Positions 37,750 through 51,257 of a stretch of DNA of 64,000 nt are shown in pieces. Numbering within the stretch: position 1 is the stretch's first letter; every line of letters begins with the position of its first letter. The stretch spans positions 1 through 64,000 of the forward strand of contig JABLTG010000119.1 in NCBI GenBank assembly GCA_016618085.1, written 5' to 3'. The notes beneath the pieces were generated by a model, which was given only the letters and a program-made list of their open reading frames with translations, had not been told where the DNA came from and did not search any database. Source of the stretch: Neovahlkampfia damariscottae (taxonomy: Eukaryota). A program made the position numbers and the translations under genes.

Positions 37750-40700
37750 TTAATCCCATAAATCTAAATCCATTTTAAGTTTTTTCTTTTTCCAAGCAGG
37801 TAAATTCAAATAATCATTTCTTTCCATTTTAAATAATTTTTTAAATTCTTTTGGATCAAGATACATTTCTCTTTGAGCAACATTAATAAAATCTGGGAAC
37901 TTCTTATTATCAGTTACTCTTCTTTTTAAATCTTCATAAGAGACAATTGGATAATCTTCTTGTTTTTGATTATTTAAAATAGATTGTGAAGAAACTTGAC
38001 CTGATGAAGATGCACTATTTACAAGAGCATCAAGATTTGCACCAATAACTTTTTTATCAGTTTTTAATTGTGCAAATTTCTTTTCAAGTTCTTCTTCTTC
38101 TTTTGATAATGGTTTTGAAAATGTTGAAGAAGAAGATGATTTTTTTGGTTTTGAATCTTTAACTTTAACAGTTGTTGAATCATCTTGAATTAATTCATTT
38201 CTTGCATCAACATAAAAGTTTGTACCTTTTTCACGAGCTTCTCTTTCAATTTTTTTTAAACGATCTTGTTCTCCTAAATAAGATCTAAAATGTGTTTGTT
38301 GTGCTGCAAATGAACCTTTTTTAATTTTTTCTAAATCAGATTTTTTATATTCACTAAATCCATAACCAAGACCATAAGAAGAAACTACCCAAACTGAAAA
38401 TTTGAAGTTATTTGATTCTTCACCAAGTTTCTTTTGTAATGATCTAATATAATTTCTAATTTCTTCATCTGTTGCATCTGGATGTTCATTTAACCAAGCT
38501 AATGCTTGATCAGAAAGATCTGAAATTTTCTTTTTTCTTTTATCATCTAAACCTTTTAATTTTTCATCTGTTAAAAGTTGTGATTTTATATTCTTTTGTA
38601 AATTTTGTAATTTCATTCTTTCTTTAGATGCTTTCTTTTGTGATGCTTTAAAAACAGGATTTACTTCATCATCAAATTTTTGTTGTTGTTGAATAATTTG
38701 AGCTTCAGTTGCATTTGGATTTTGTTTCAACCAATCTCTTTGTGAATCTGAAATTACTTGAATTTGATGTAAATCTTCAGTAGCCATATCTTTATTATTT
38801 TTTGCTCTAACTCTAACTTGATCAATATGTTTTAAAAATTCTGATCTTGATTTTGCATTTGATAAAACTGGTTCAACATTTTCTTTCAATTCATCTTTTT
38901 TATTTGTAATATCATATGTTGTAGCAGTTGGATTAGAATCAATCCATTTAATTGCTTCTTCTGTTTTTTTATCAATAAATTCTTTTTCTTGTTCTGAAAT
39001 CATTTTTGCCATTGCTGGATCTTCTTTCATACGATTTTCAACATCTTTACCATATTCAGTTAATTGTTTACGATTCTTTGAACGTTTTATAATTGGATTA
39101 ACTGTATTTTCAAGTTCTGCTTGTTTTTGATCAGCTTCTCTTCTTGTTGCTTTTTGATTTTTATCTAACCAATTTTTAACATCTCCAATAATATTTTTGA
39201 TTTGTTTATTTTCATCTGAATTTAAAGATTCAATAATTTCTTTATCAGAATCTAATTGATTCTCAATATTTTTAACTGATTCAGCTAAATCTTTTGTAGC
39301 TTCTGCTCTGTTCATAATTGGTTGAAGTTGTTCTTCAACTTGTTTTCTTTTTCTATCAAATTGTTGAGGTGTTGCATCTGGATTCTTTTTAATCCAATCA
39401 TGAACTTCTTCAATACCATCTCGAATTGTTTTTAAATCATTTTTTTCAATTCTATTTTCTAATTTTTTATCTGTATCAATTTTCTTTTTAATTTCATCAA
39501 CATATTCTTCTAATTGATTTCTAGTTTCTGCTTTTTTAATAATTGGTAAAACTTCATGTAATACATCATTCTTTTGTGAATCAATTGTTTTAATATCAGC
39601 TGATGAATTCTTTGAAATCCAATTTTCTGATTCTTTAATATGTTTTTCAATTTGTTTTTTTTCATCTGAATTTAACATTTTTCCTAAATCATTTGAATCA
39701 TTGAATCTATTTTTAATTTGATTTATTTCTTCTTCAAATGAATTTAATGATTCAGCTCTATCTAAAGGTTGTTTAACTTTTTCATCTAAATCTCTTTTTT
39801 TATCTTTAACTTCATTTGCAGATGCTTTTGGATTTGAATCTAACCAATCAATTACATCTGTAGTTGTTTCTTGAATAACTTTTTTTTCTTTATCAGAAAG
39901 ATTTCTTGTTAATTTTTCATCATCATCAAGTCTTCCTTTTAATTCTTGTGCTAAGAAATCTAAATCACGTCTTGATTCTGCATCTTTAACAATTTCTTGA
40001 ACTTTATTGTCAAATACTGTTTTTTTATTATCAATTTCTTTTTTTGTTGATTCTTCATTATCCTTTAAGAAATTGATTGCATCTTCACAAGCTGAATTTA
40101 CAGTTTCATAATCATCCTTATCAAGATATGGACCAAGATCATTATCAACTCTTTCTTTTAAGATACGTGCTGATGAATCTAAAATCTCAACTGCTTCAGC
40201 TCTTTGAAGGGCAGGTTGAATTTTTTTTTGTAAATCTTGAGCTCTTTTTTGATATTCTTTTGTTGGAGCTTCTTTATTCTTTGTATCAGAGTACCAATCA
40301 TAAGTTTCTTTAATTTCATTTTCAATTGATTTTTTATCTTTTTGTGGAAGTCTTGCAACAATTTTTGGATTTCTTGCTTTTTCTTTACAGAATTTGACAG
40401 TATTTTCCAAATCTTCTTTTGCATCAGCTCTTTCTAATAAAGGACCAACTATATTATTAAATTCTTTCATTTTGTCATTAATTTCTTTTTTATCAGCTTC
40501 AATATTTTTATTTGTCCAATCAACAACTGATTGTGTTGTATCTTTAATTAAATTTTGTTCTTTTTTTGATAATTGACTGAATAAATGATCAGAATCATCT
40601 GCAATTCTTGCTTGAACTAAAGAAGTATAATCATCTAATGCTTTTTGAGCATCACCTCTATCAATAATTTTCTTCGTTCTTTCATCTAAAGTTGTAGTTT

Positions 40701-43700
40701 TCTTTTCAATTTCTTCAGGTGAAGCATTTGAATTTTCTTCTAACCAATCAAGTGCTTCATGAATAGCATTTGAAATTAATTTCTTATTTTTGTCATCAAT
40801 TCTTTCAGATAAATCAGTTGGATCATTTAATCTGGATCTTAATGTATTTGTTAAATCTCTCATTTTTTGAGCTGATTCTTCTCTTGCAATCATTGGTTCA
40901 ATTGTGCTTTTGAATTCATCAAGTTTCTTTTCAATATCTTTTTTAGTGATATCTTCAGTTTCTTGAATCCAATCCATTAAATCATCAATTTCTCTTTCAA
41001 TTTTCTTTTTTTGTTTTTTTGGAATTTTTGATAATGCATCTTCATCATCTTTTAATCTCTTTTTGATATCATTTGTATAATCATTTAATTTCTTTGTTGC
41101 TTCTGCTTTATCAATTAAAGGTCCCAAAAGATTTTCAAATTCATTTTGTTTTTTTTCATATTCTTCATTGGATGCATTTTTATTTTCATTCAACCAATCT
41201 AATGCAGATTCAATTTCTTTCATAATTTTCTTTTTATCTGATTTTCCAATTTTACCACCTAAATCAGTTGTGTCTTCCATTCTGTCTTTTAAGTTTCTAA
41301 TGTAATCATCCAATTTACCAACTACTTCAATTCTGACAAGAGCTGGTTTAACATTTTGCTCTAATTGAGATTTCTTTTCAAGAATTTCATGTTCTCCTGC
41401 AGCTTTTTCATCATCTTCATCATCAACTTCAGAAATTCCATCCATTTTTTTATTTTTAGCTTTAACAGATTTTAATGCTTCTTCATATCTTTTTGCATCA
41501 TCAGAAAGTGCTTTTTTAGATTCAGCTGATTCAATAATTGGATTTATTTGATTTTCAAATTCTGATAATTTTTGATCAACTTCTTCTTTTGAAGTATCTT
41601 TATGATTTTCTAACCAATTCAAAAGATCATCTGTTGATTCTTTCAATTTCTTTTTATCTGAAGAAGAAAGTGCAGATAAAACATCATCTGAGTTTTTCAT
41701 TCTTTTTTGTAAATCAGAAAGATGTTCCAATAAATTCTTCTTTGAATCATAATTATCGAGAATTGGTTGAATAGTTTTGAAAATTTCTTCTTTCTTTTCT
41801 TTTACATCATTTGTTTTAGCTTTTGGATTTTCTTCAAGGAATGTATCAATTATTTCTGCAATTCCTGAAAGTGATTTCTTCTCTTTTTTATCCAAAAATC
41901 CATTCTTTTCACTATCTTCAATTCTTTGTTCAACATCTTTTGAAAGTTTTAATAAAGCATCTACTTGTTCTGATTTGTTTGCATATGGTTTGATAAAATC
42001 ATTTAATTCAGCAATTTGTTCTTCAACATCTTCTTTTGAGACTTTTGAATTTTCTTCAATCCATTCAACAGTAGCATCAAGTTCTTTATTAATTTTTTTT
42101 TGATCTTTGGAAGATAATTTTGAGAACATATCATTTTTATCATCTAATCTATTTCTCAAAGTATTTTGGAGTAAATCAAGTTTTTTCTTGGAATCAGCAG
42201 CATCTACAATTGAACCAATACCATCATTATATTCTTCTTTTTTTTCTTCAATAGTTTCTTTTGTAGCATCTTTATTTTCTTCAATCCAATCAAGCATTTC
42301 ATCAATTTTCTTGTTAGCTTTTCTTTGATCCTTGTCTCTCATATGAGGAGCAAGATCGGAATCATCATTAACTCTCTTCTTTGACATTTTGACTTCACGA
42401 TCAAGTGTTTTAATTGATTCAGCTCTAGAAATGATTTCTGTTGTTTCATTTTCCATTTCTTTGATTTTACTGTCAATTTCTTCCTTTGTTGTTTTATCTG
42501 AAGTACCATCAATCCATCCAAGAATATCAGAAATTGATTTTTCAATTTTTTTCTTTTCTTTATCAGAAACGAAAGCTCCAATATCTTCTTTATCTTCAAT
42601 TCTTTTCTTCAAGTTGTTTTGGAATTCAGTCACTTGTTTTTTTGAACTTGCTTTGTTTACAATTGGATTAACTTTTTTTGTCAATTCTTCTTGTTTTCTA
42701 ACAAGTTCAGCTTTTGATTTATGTTGACTTTTTGATAACCACTCATCAGTATCTTCAACTAAGTCATCTAATAAAGATTTATCTTTTTTAGAGATGAAAG
42801 AAGTAAGATCATTATCAGCTGATGATTTTGCATCATGAACTAAATCAGAAATATCTTTTTTGAGTTTAGCTCTAGCAATAGCATCAGATATGTTATCATC
42901 CAATTCAAGATGTTGAAAATCAACATCATTTTTATCAGCTGATTTATTTTTCTTCAACCATTCTAGTGATTCATCTGTATCTTTTTCATATTTTGATCTT
43001 TCAACTTCGTTCATAAATGAACAAATTTCACTCAATTCTTTTTTCTTTTCTGCCTCTGAAATAATAGGTTCTGTTGAATCTAAAAACTGTTGTTTCTTTT
43101 CATTGACAGTTTTTTTATCTGCTTGTTTGTTATTTTCCAACCAGTCTAACATGTCATCAGCTGAATTTTTAAGATTCTTCTTTTCTCTTTTGTTTAAAAC
43201 CATTTTCAAATCTTTTTTGTCATCCATTCTTTTCATCAACTCATTAGCCATATGAGCAAGACGTTTTTTTTCAGCATTTGACAAAGAAGGATTAATTTTA
43301 TCTTCAAAATCTTTTTTAGTTTGTTGAATTGATTCCATATCAGATTTTGTGTTTTCATCTACCCATTTTGTGACTTCATCTGAAGCAATTAAGATATCTT
43401 TCTTTTCAGATTCAGTTAAATATATTGCAATTTCTTCATTGTTTTGAATATTTTTTTTGAGTTCTTTTGCGTAATCATCAAGATCTTTAATTGTTTGAGC
43501 TCTTGAAACAACTTCTTCAAGATTATCTTGTGTTTTCTTTAATTCTTTTTCCATTTCATCAATAGTTGCATCTGGATTTTGTTCTAACCATTCTAAAAGA
43601 TCATCTGTTGCACTAACAATTTTTTTCTTTTCCTTCTTTTTCAAAAATCTGCCTAAATCATTATCATCTTCAACTTTGTTTTTTAAATCAGTTGCATAAT

Positions 43701-46700
43701 CAGATAGTTTCTTTCTTGTTTGTGCTTTGTCTTCAAGTAATTTCATCTTTTCATATAACTCCTTTCTTTTTGCTTCAATTTCTTCTTTGGATGCATTTGG
43801 ATTATCTTCTAACCATTGAATCAATTCATCGATTTGTTTTTGTAAACTTTTCTTTTCTTTCACACCTAATTTTGATAAAGCGTCATCTTCGTCGTCCATT
43901 CTGTGTTTTAATTTTCTTCCATAATCTTTAAGTCTTTTTTTTGCTTTAGCTTTTGATTCAAGTTCATTCATTTTGTCCATGAATTCTTTTTCTTTTGCTG
44001 CAATTTCTTCTGCTGTTGCATTTGGATTCTTTTCAAGCCATTCCAAAAATTCATCAGACAATTTTTCAATCAATTTCTTTTCTTTGATACCTAATGATGA
44101 CAATGCATCATCTTCATCTCCAAGTCTTTTCTTTAATCCTTTTGCATAATCACGAAGTTTTTTCTTTTTTTCTAATGGAATCATTTTTGATTTGAATTCT
44201 TCTTTATTAATGTCTAGTTCTTCTTTGTCATCAGAACTTGTTTTTAAAAAGTCTAAAAAGTCATCAGGTGCATCTTTAATTCCTGTTGTATCATCTTTAA
44301 CAAAATAACCAAGATCATCTTTGTTGGAAATTCTATCTTTCATATCAAGGGCATAATCAGTTAAAAGTTTCTTTTCAGCGACAACTACAATTGGATTAAT
44401 CGAATTTTTGAATTCTCTTTCTTTATCATCAATTTCTTGTTCACTTGCTTCTTTATTTGAATCAATCCATTTCAAAACGTTTTCAATTTCAGAATTTACA
44501 ACTTGTTTATCTTCATTTGACATGTACTCAGCGATATCTTGATTTCTTTCTATATCATTTTGAAGGTTTTGAGCATAATCTTCAAGATTTTTAAGTTTTT
44601 CTGCTCTTGTGATCATTGGAACAACATTAGCATCAAATTCTTTTCTTTTAGCTTCAATTTCATCTTGAGTTGCATTTGGATTAGCTTCAAGCCAATCTAA
44701 AAGATCATCAACAGATTCACCAACTTTCTTTTGAACTTTGGATGACAAGAATTTACCAATATCATCTTCATCTTCAATTTTCTTTTTCAATCCACGAGCA
44801 AATTGATCAAGATCTTTTCTTTGTCCTGCTTTTCCATCAAGTAACCTCATCTTTTCTTCTAATTCTCTTAATTTTTGTTCAATTAATTCTCTTGGTGCAT
44901 CTGGATTTTCTTCAAGCCATTTGATCAAATCATCAATTTCTTTTTGAAGTTTTTTTCTTTCTGCAACAGATAAAGTTGACAAAGAATCATCATCATCTTC
45001 CATTCTCTTTTTCAACCCTTTTGCCATGTCTCTGAGTTTCTTTCTTGATTTTGCTTTAGCTTCAAGTTCATTCATTACATCCATAAATTCTTTTTCTTTT
45101 GCTGCAATTTCTTCTGCTGTTGCATTTGGATTCTTTTCTAGCCAATCCAAAAGATCATCTAAAGCTTTTTTAGCAATTGCTTTATCTTTAATTCCTAATG
45201 CATTCAATGAATCATCTTCATCTCCAAGTCTTTTTTTCAAAGATTTTGAGTAATCATTCAATCTTTTTTTTGCAGATGCTTTTTCAATGATTTTATCAAC
45301 TTCTGCAAAGATCTTGTTTCTCATTGCTTCAATTTCTTCTTCAGTTGCATTTGGATTTGCTGCTAACCAATCTAAGAATTCTTGATTCGCTTTTTCAATC
45401 ATTTTTTTTTCTTTAACAGAAAGATAAGGACCTAAATCATCTTCATCTTCAGCTCTTTTCTTCATACCTTTTCCTTTGTCTCTGAGTTGTTTTTTCTTAT
45501 TTGCTTTTTTAATGATTTCATCAACATCTTTGAAAATTTCTTTTCTTTTAGCTTCAATTTCTTCTTCAGTTGCATTTGGATTTGCTGCTAGCCAATCTAA
45601 GAATTCTTGATTTGCTTTAGCAATTAATTGTTTTTCTTTGACAGAAAGAAATGGACCTAAATCATCTTCATCTTCAGCTCTTTTCTTTAAACCTTTTCCA
45701 ATATCTCTAAGTTGTTTTTTCTTCTTTGCTTTTGCTTCAATTGGTTTTAATTTTTCCAAGATTTCTTTTTCTTTTGCTGCAATTTCTTCAGGTGTAGCAT
45801 TTGGGTTCTTTTCTAACCAATCTAATAAGTCGTCCATATGTTTTTTCACTTCAGCTTTTTCTTTAATAGCTAAAGCAGATAATGAATCATCATCATCACC
45901 AAGTCTTTTCTTTAACCCTTTTGCTAAATCACGAAGTTTTTTCTTTTCTTTGGATTTTTTAATAATTTCAGTGACTTGTTCATCAAATTCTTTTTTCTTT
46001 GCTGCAATTTCTTCTTCAGTAGCATTTGGATTTTGAACCAACCAATCTTGAAGATCTGAAGCAAGTTCTCTAATTTGAGTTTTTTCACTGACTGATAAAA
46101 ATTCACCTAAATCATCATCATTGAGCATTCTTTTTCTCAATTTATTGATTTCATTTTCAACAGATTTACCTTTGTGACCAGAGAGTAAAGTTTCAACTTT
46201 CTTTTGAACTTCTTCCTTTTTTTCAACTAAAAGACTTCTATCCATTCCTGGATTTTCTTCTAACCAATTTAAAGTATCATCAGAAAGTGCTTTCAATTTC
46301 TTTTTTTCATCAACTGAAAGGTATTTGGCAACATCATCTTTTTCCATTCTAGATTTAATTGAACCTGCATAATCTTGTAATTTTTTTTCAGCTTCTGAAC
46401 GAGCAACAACTGGACGGATAAATGATTCAAATTCTTGTTTTTTTCTTAAAACAGTTTTTGTATCAGCATCTCCATTATTTTTTACCCAATCTTCTGCTTC
46501 TTTTCTTGTTTTTTTCACTAAGTCTTTATCTTCTTTAGTTGAAAAACTGGAAAGTTCATCATTCATTCTTGCATCAGATTCTTTAACATAATTCAACAAT
46601 TGTTGTTTGTTTGATTCTTTTGAAATGATTGAATCAATTTCTTTCTTCAAACTTGCTTTTTTACTGTTTATTTCTGTAATATCTGAATCAAGGTTATCTT

Positions 46701-49700
46701 TAATCCAATCTAATGTATCATCACAAGATTTTTCAACTTTTTTCTTGTCAGATGATGAAATTGAACCACCAATGTCATTCTTATCATTCACTCTTTTTTT
46801 TGAATTTGAAGCAAATGCATGTAAGTTTTTCATTTCTTCAGCTTTTTTGAAATAACTTTCAGAGAGTTGATTAATTTCTTTCTTTTTTGAATCAATAACA
46901 TCTTTTGATGCATCTGGATTTTCTTCTAAAAAGTCTAAAAATTCTTTTGATTTATCACTAAGAATCTTTTTTTCACTTTTTGATAAAAACATTCCAAGAT
47001 CTTCATCATTATTCATTCTCTTTTTAACAAGTTCAATATCATTTGAAAGTTCTCTTTTGGAGTTTACAGTTGAAATAATTGAATCATATTTTTCTTTGTA
47101 TTCATTTTGTTTTTGGTTTATTTCTTCCAAAGATATATCTGGGTTCTCTTCAAGAAAATCAATTAAATCATCAAAATCTCTTTTGATTTTTTTCTTTTCT
47201 TTTGAACTAAGAAAACAACCTAAATCTTCATCATCTGCAATTCTTTCTTTTAATTTTTCACCATATTCTGAGAATTCTTTTCTTGTGTTTGCTTTTTCAA
47301 GAATTGGATCAATGACAGAATCATATTCTTTCTTCTTTGCAGCAATTGAATCAGTATCAGCTTCAATATTATCTTCAACCCATGCCATAAGATCTTTTGA
47401 TTGTTGTTTGATTGTTTTTAAATCATTTTTTGATAAAAATTCTCCAAGATCATCTGAATCTTTTGAACGAGATAAAATAGATTTTGCATGTTCATCAAGC
47501 TCTTTCAAAGCAGAAGGTCTTTCTAAAATTGGATTTTCAGCTTCTTCTTGATGTTTTTTTTCATTTTCATTCATCCAATCTTGAACATCATTCAAAGTTT
47601 TTTCAAAATTATTTTTTTCTTGTTCTGTTAATCTTTTAACAACTGATGGATTTGATGCTTTATTTTTTAAGTCTGAAAGAGTTTCATCTAATAATTTCAT
47701 AGCTTCTGCTCTTTTGATAATAGGATCACAAATATCTTTGATTTTCTTTGTTTCTTCATTGGCTTCTCTTCTTGTACAATCTTCATGATCATCTAACCAA
47801 TCCATAGCATGTTCAATTGATTTTTTAACTCTTGATTTTTCAGAATCAGTTAATCTTTTGTTGATTTCAGGATCCGAAAGAGCATCTTGATAATACATTG
47901 CAGTAGCTTCGAGTTCTTTTCTTGCTTCTGTTTTTTCAATAATTGGAATTGAAACAGAATCCAAATATTTTGATTTTTCATCATAAGATTCTTTTTTTGC
48001 AAGTTCATTATCTTCAACCCATTCAGCAGTTTCATCAATTGCTTTAGTTAAAGTTTTCTTGTCTTTTGAAGTAATTTCTGATAAAATATCATCTGAGTCT
48101 GCCATTCTACTTTGAAGGTTTTCAATTTTTTCTTTTAAGTTTCTTTTAGCTTCACCTCTTTCAAGAATAGGTTGTAACTCTTTTGATGCTTCAGCTTTCT
48201 TTTTTCTAATTTCTTCAATTGTTGCTTTTGGATTATCTTCTAAAAAGTCTAAAATATCTTCAGAAATTTCTTTAACTTTTTTCTTTTCTTTGGATGATAA
48301 ATAAGAACCTAAATCATCATCATCGTCAATTCTTTCTTTCAATTGTTTTGCATATTTTGAAAGATCATCCTTTGCTTCTGCTTTATCAACAATTGGTTTA
48401 ACTAATCCTTCATATTCTTTATATTTTTCATCGATTTCTTCTTTTGATGCTTTTTTATTATCATCTAACCATTCAAGAACATCATCTGTTTCACGATTCA
48501 CTTTTTTCTTTTCTTTTGAAGCTAATTGAGATAAGAAATCATCATCATCGTTAATTCTATTTTGAATGTTTTCAGCATATTCTTTAAGTTGTTTTTTAGC
48601 ATCTGAGCGTGAAATAATTGGATCTATTTTTTCTGTTAATTCTTTTCTTTTTTGTTCAATTGTTTCTTTATCAGCATGTGGATTTTCTAAAATCCAATCA
48701 ATTAATTCTTGAGCTGCATCATCAATTAATTTTTTTTCTTTTTTGCTGAGAAAAGAACCTAAATCATCATCATCATTTATTCTTTTTTTTGTATCAGAAG
48801 CATAATTATTTAATGAAATTAAAGCATCAGCACGTGATAAAATTGGATCCACAATATTTGTTGCATCATCTTTTTTTCCATCAATATCATCTTTCTTTGG
48901 TCTTGGATTTTCAGATAACCAATCAAGAATATCATCAGCAGTTTGACTAATTTTCTTTTGTTCTTTTGATGTAAGAATTCCTAATAATTCATCATCATCT
49001 TGAATCTTTCTTTTTAAATCAGAAGCATAATTGAATAGTTGATTTTGAGCATCTGCACGATCAATAATTCCTTTTGTTTTTTCATCCAATTCTTTTTTAT
49101 GTGCTTTTAAGTCTTTCTTGGATGCATTAGGATTTTCAGCCAACCAATCAAGTACGTCTTGTGTTGCATTTAACAGTGATTCTCGTTCTTTGTCGGTTAA
49201 TCTTTCATTTAATTCATCATCAGAATCATCTAAACGACTTCTAATTGATTGAGCATACTTTTGTAAATCTTCATTTGTTTCCATTTTTTTTCCTCCTTTT
49301 TTCTTTCCAGGAATTTCAAAATCTGAATCTGAGTCTGAATCTGAGATACTTCTTTTATGTTTTTTAACACCAAATTCATCATCTGAATCAGAAATACTTG
49401 ATCTTTTTTTCTTGGAAAATTCATCGTCACTTGAATCTAAACCACCTCTATCTTTCATTCTTGGAATTTTTTTGTTTTGTGGCTCAACAGATCCACCACC
49501 AATTAAAGTAAGAAGAGCATTTAATCCACCAAGTTCACGTATAACTTTTTTGTTTTTTGGATCATTACTTAAATTCCATAAAACACCAGCTGCATTTTGT
49601 TGAATATTTGGGTTATGATGATACAATAATTCAATCAAAGGAGCTAAACAAGTTTTTTACATTTTTTTTTTTTTTTTACCAATTCCATCAAGTTGTCTTA

Positions 49701-51112
49701 CTACAACTCTATTTTCATCATTTAAACTTAAATTTAATAATGAAGCACAAGCTTTTTCAATTAAAGATTCATTATCTGAATTCAAAAGATCAATAATTGG
49801 ACCAAAAGCACCAGCTTCTCTAATAGCATCTTTGTTATCATCTTCATAAGCCAAAACAGCAATTGAAATCAAAGCATAAAGACAAACTCTTTCATTTTCA
49901 GGATTTTCAATCAAAGGAACTAATTTTTCTATACCTTCTGATTCTCTAAATTCTTTAGAAGTACCTTCATGTGAACCCATAGTAATAACAGCACCAAGTG
50001 TTTTCCAAAGAGTTTCTTCATCTTCTGAATCTAATAAATCAATCATTCCTTGCACAGCACCTAAGTCTTTCATTGGATCTTTATTTTCTTCAACATGAGC
50101 TAAATTCCAAACTGCTGCTACACAGTTCTGTCTTACTCTTTCATCGTCATGACCTAATCCTTTAATGATTTGTTTCAATAAATCCTTTTCTCTTAAATAT
50201 GCGGAAACTTCTGGATTTCCACCAAGAATTGAAAGAACAGTAACACAATTCGCTATAACTTCTGGATCTTCAGCTTTTTTAAGTAATTTTGCAACTTTTT
50301 TAACAGCTCCACATTCGATAAGCATTTCAATTGATTCTTCTCCATCAACTGCTAAATTCCATAAACAACCTTCATGTTTGTTAAAAAAAAAAAAAAAAAA
50401 ATTACCCGTTGTTCTTGCTTGGATGTCTTCGTCTTCAATTTTTAATGCTGCAACAATTCCTTCATATGCACCTAAATCTCTAAGTTGTACACAAATTTCA
50501 GCTGAAAAAATTTAAAAAAAAAAAAAAGTCCGTACGTTCTGAAGCTAAAGCAACAAAAGTACCAATGGAACAACGAATAATTTCTTCATTATCAGATTCA
50601 AGCATTTCAGTCATGATTTTTACACCTCCATTTTCATGGAATATTTTTCTACTTTCTGGATCATTTGCTAAATTCTAGATTTAAAAATTAAAAAAAAACA
50701 AAAGAGCAGTTTTTACAACAAATACACCAGCAGCGTATTCTCTAAGTACGTCTTTGTTATTTGCTAATATATCAACAAGTAATTCAACACCACCAGCTTC
50801 ACGAATTTGTTCCCAAGCTTCTTCTTCATTAGCTAAATTCAATAAAGCTCCTGTTGCGTTTTTTAAAACTTGTTTATTTTTTGATGTTAGCATATCAACC
50901 ATTTTTTTCACTCCACCAAGTTCTATGATTTCTTTTCTACTTTCATCATCATTTGACATAGAAAACTGAAGAAGAAAAATTTAATTTTTTTAATTTTTTT
51001 GTTACGATCGTCCCAGCTGCTCTTGCTTTCTTATCATCTGATAATTCAGATATACTTGAAAGCACAGACTTCGTTGAACCTAATTTTTAATTTTTGTATT
51101 TTTTTTACTCAT
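37750..51112 (-). CDS. Giant (~4,400 aa) armadillo-repeat / Hsp70-lid-like repeat / villin-headpiece protein; 7 exons
   Basis: ARM repeats (NATGALLNLA, GCLWNLA, NAAGVLWNLS...IRELGGL). ~49 helical units of ~75 aa. C-terminal REMYLDPKEFKKLFKMERNDYLNLPAWKKKKLKMDLDLW is villin-headpiece-like. Six GT-AG introns, all 5'; the first coding exon is ATGA. Confidence 0.85.
38420..49275 (-). repeat. Coding tandem array of ~49 units of ~225 nt
   Basis: Consensus LxxYAxxLKxRxxDxxxLxxxLSxKEKKxIxxxxDxxLDWLxxNPxAxxEEIxxKxxExxxxxxPIIxxA, counted by hand. Near-identical DNA at 45326 and 45551 (225-nt period). Confidence 0.9.
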
Positions 51113-51257
51113 CACGTTTTAGTTGTGAAACAAAATTTTGCTATTGGTCAAGTAGCCATGGTTTATATTGATTGGTTGGATTTTTTTAACGAACAAAAAA
51201 TGATCAAAGGAAGGACTTCTTTTCAGTGACAAATTTAATGAAAAATACTCTGAATTC

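Noticed and set aside
38420..49275. Repeat array as CRISPR, satellite or mobile element
   Set aside because: Repeats are in frame, diverge like coding sequence, have no repeat-spacer structure, and show no transposase/RT or terminal repeats.
40077..50969. Many plus-strand S/F/L-rich ORFs in the ORF track
   Set aside because: Antisense shadows of the K/E/D-rich giant gene; the same applies to the shadows over the RNF213-like gene and Hsp70.
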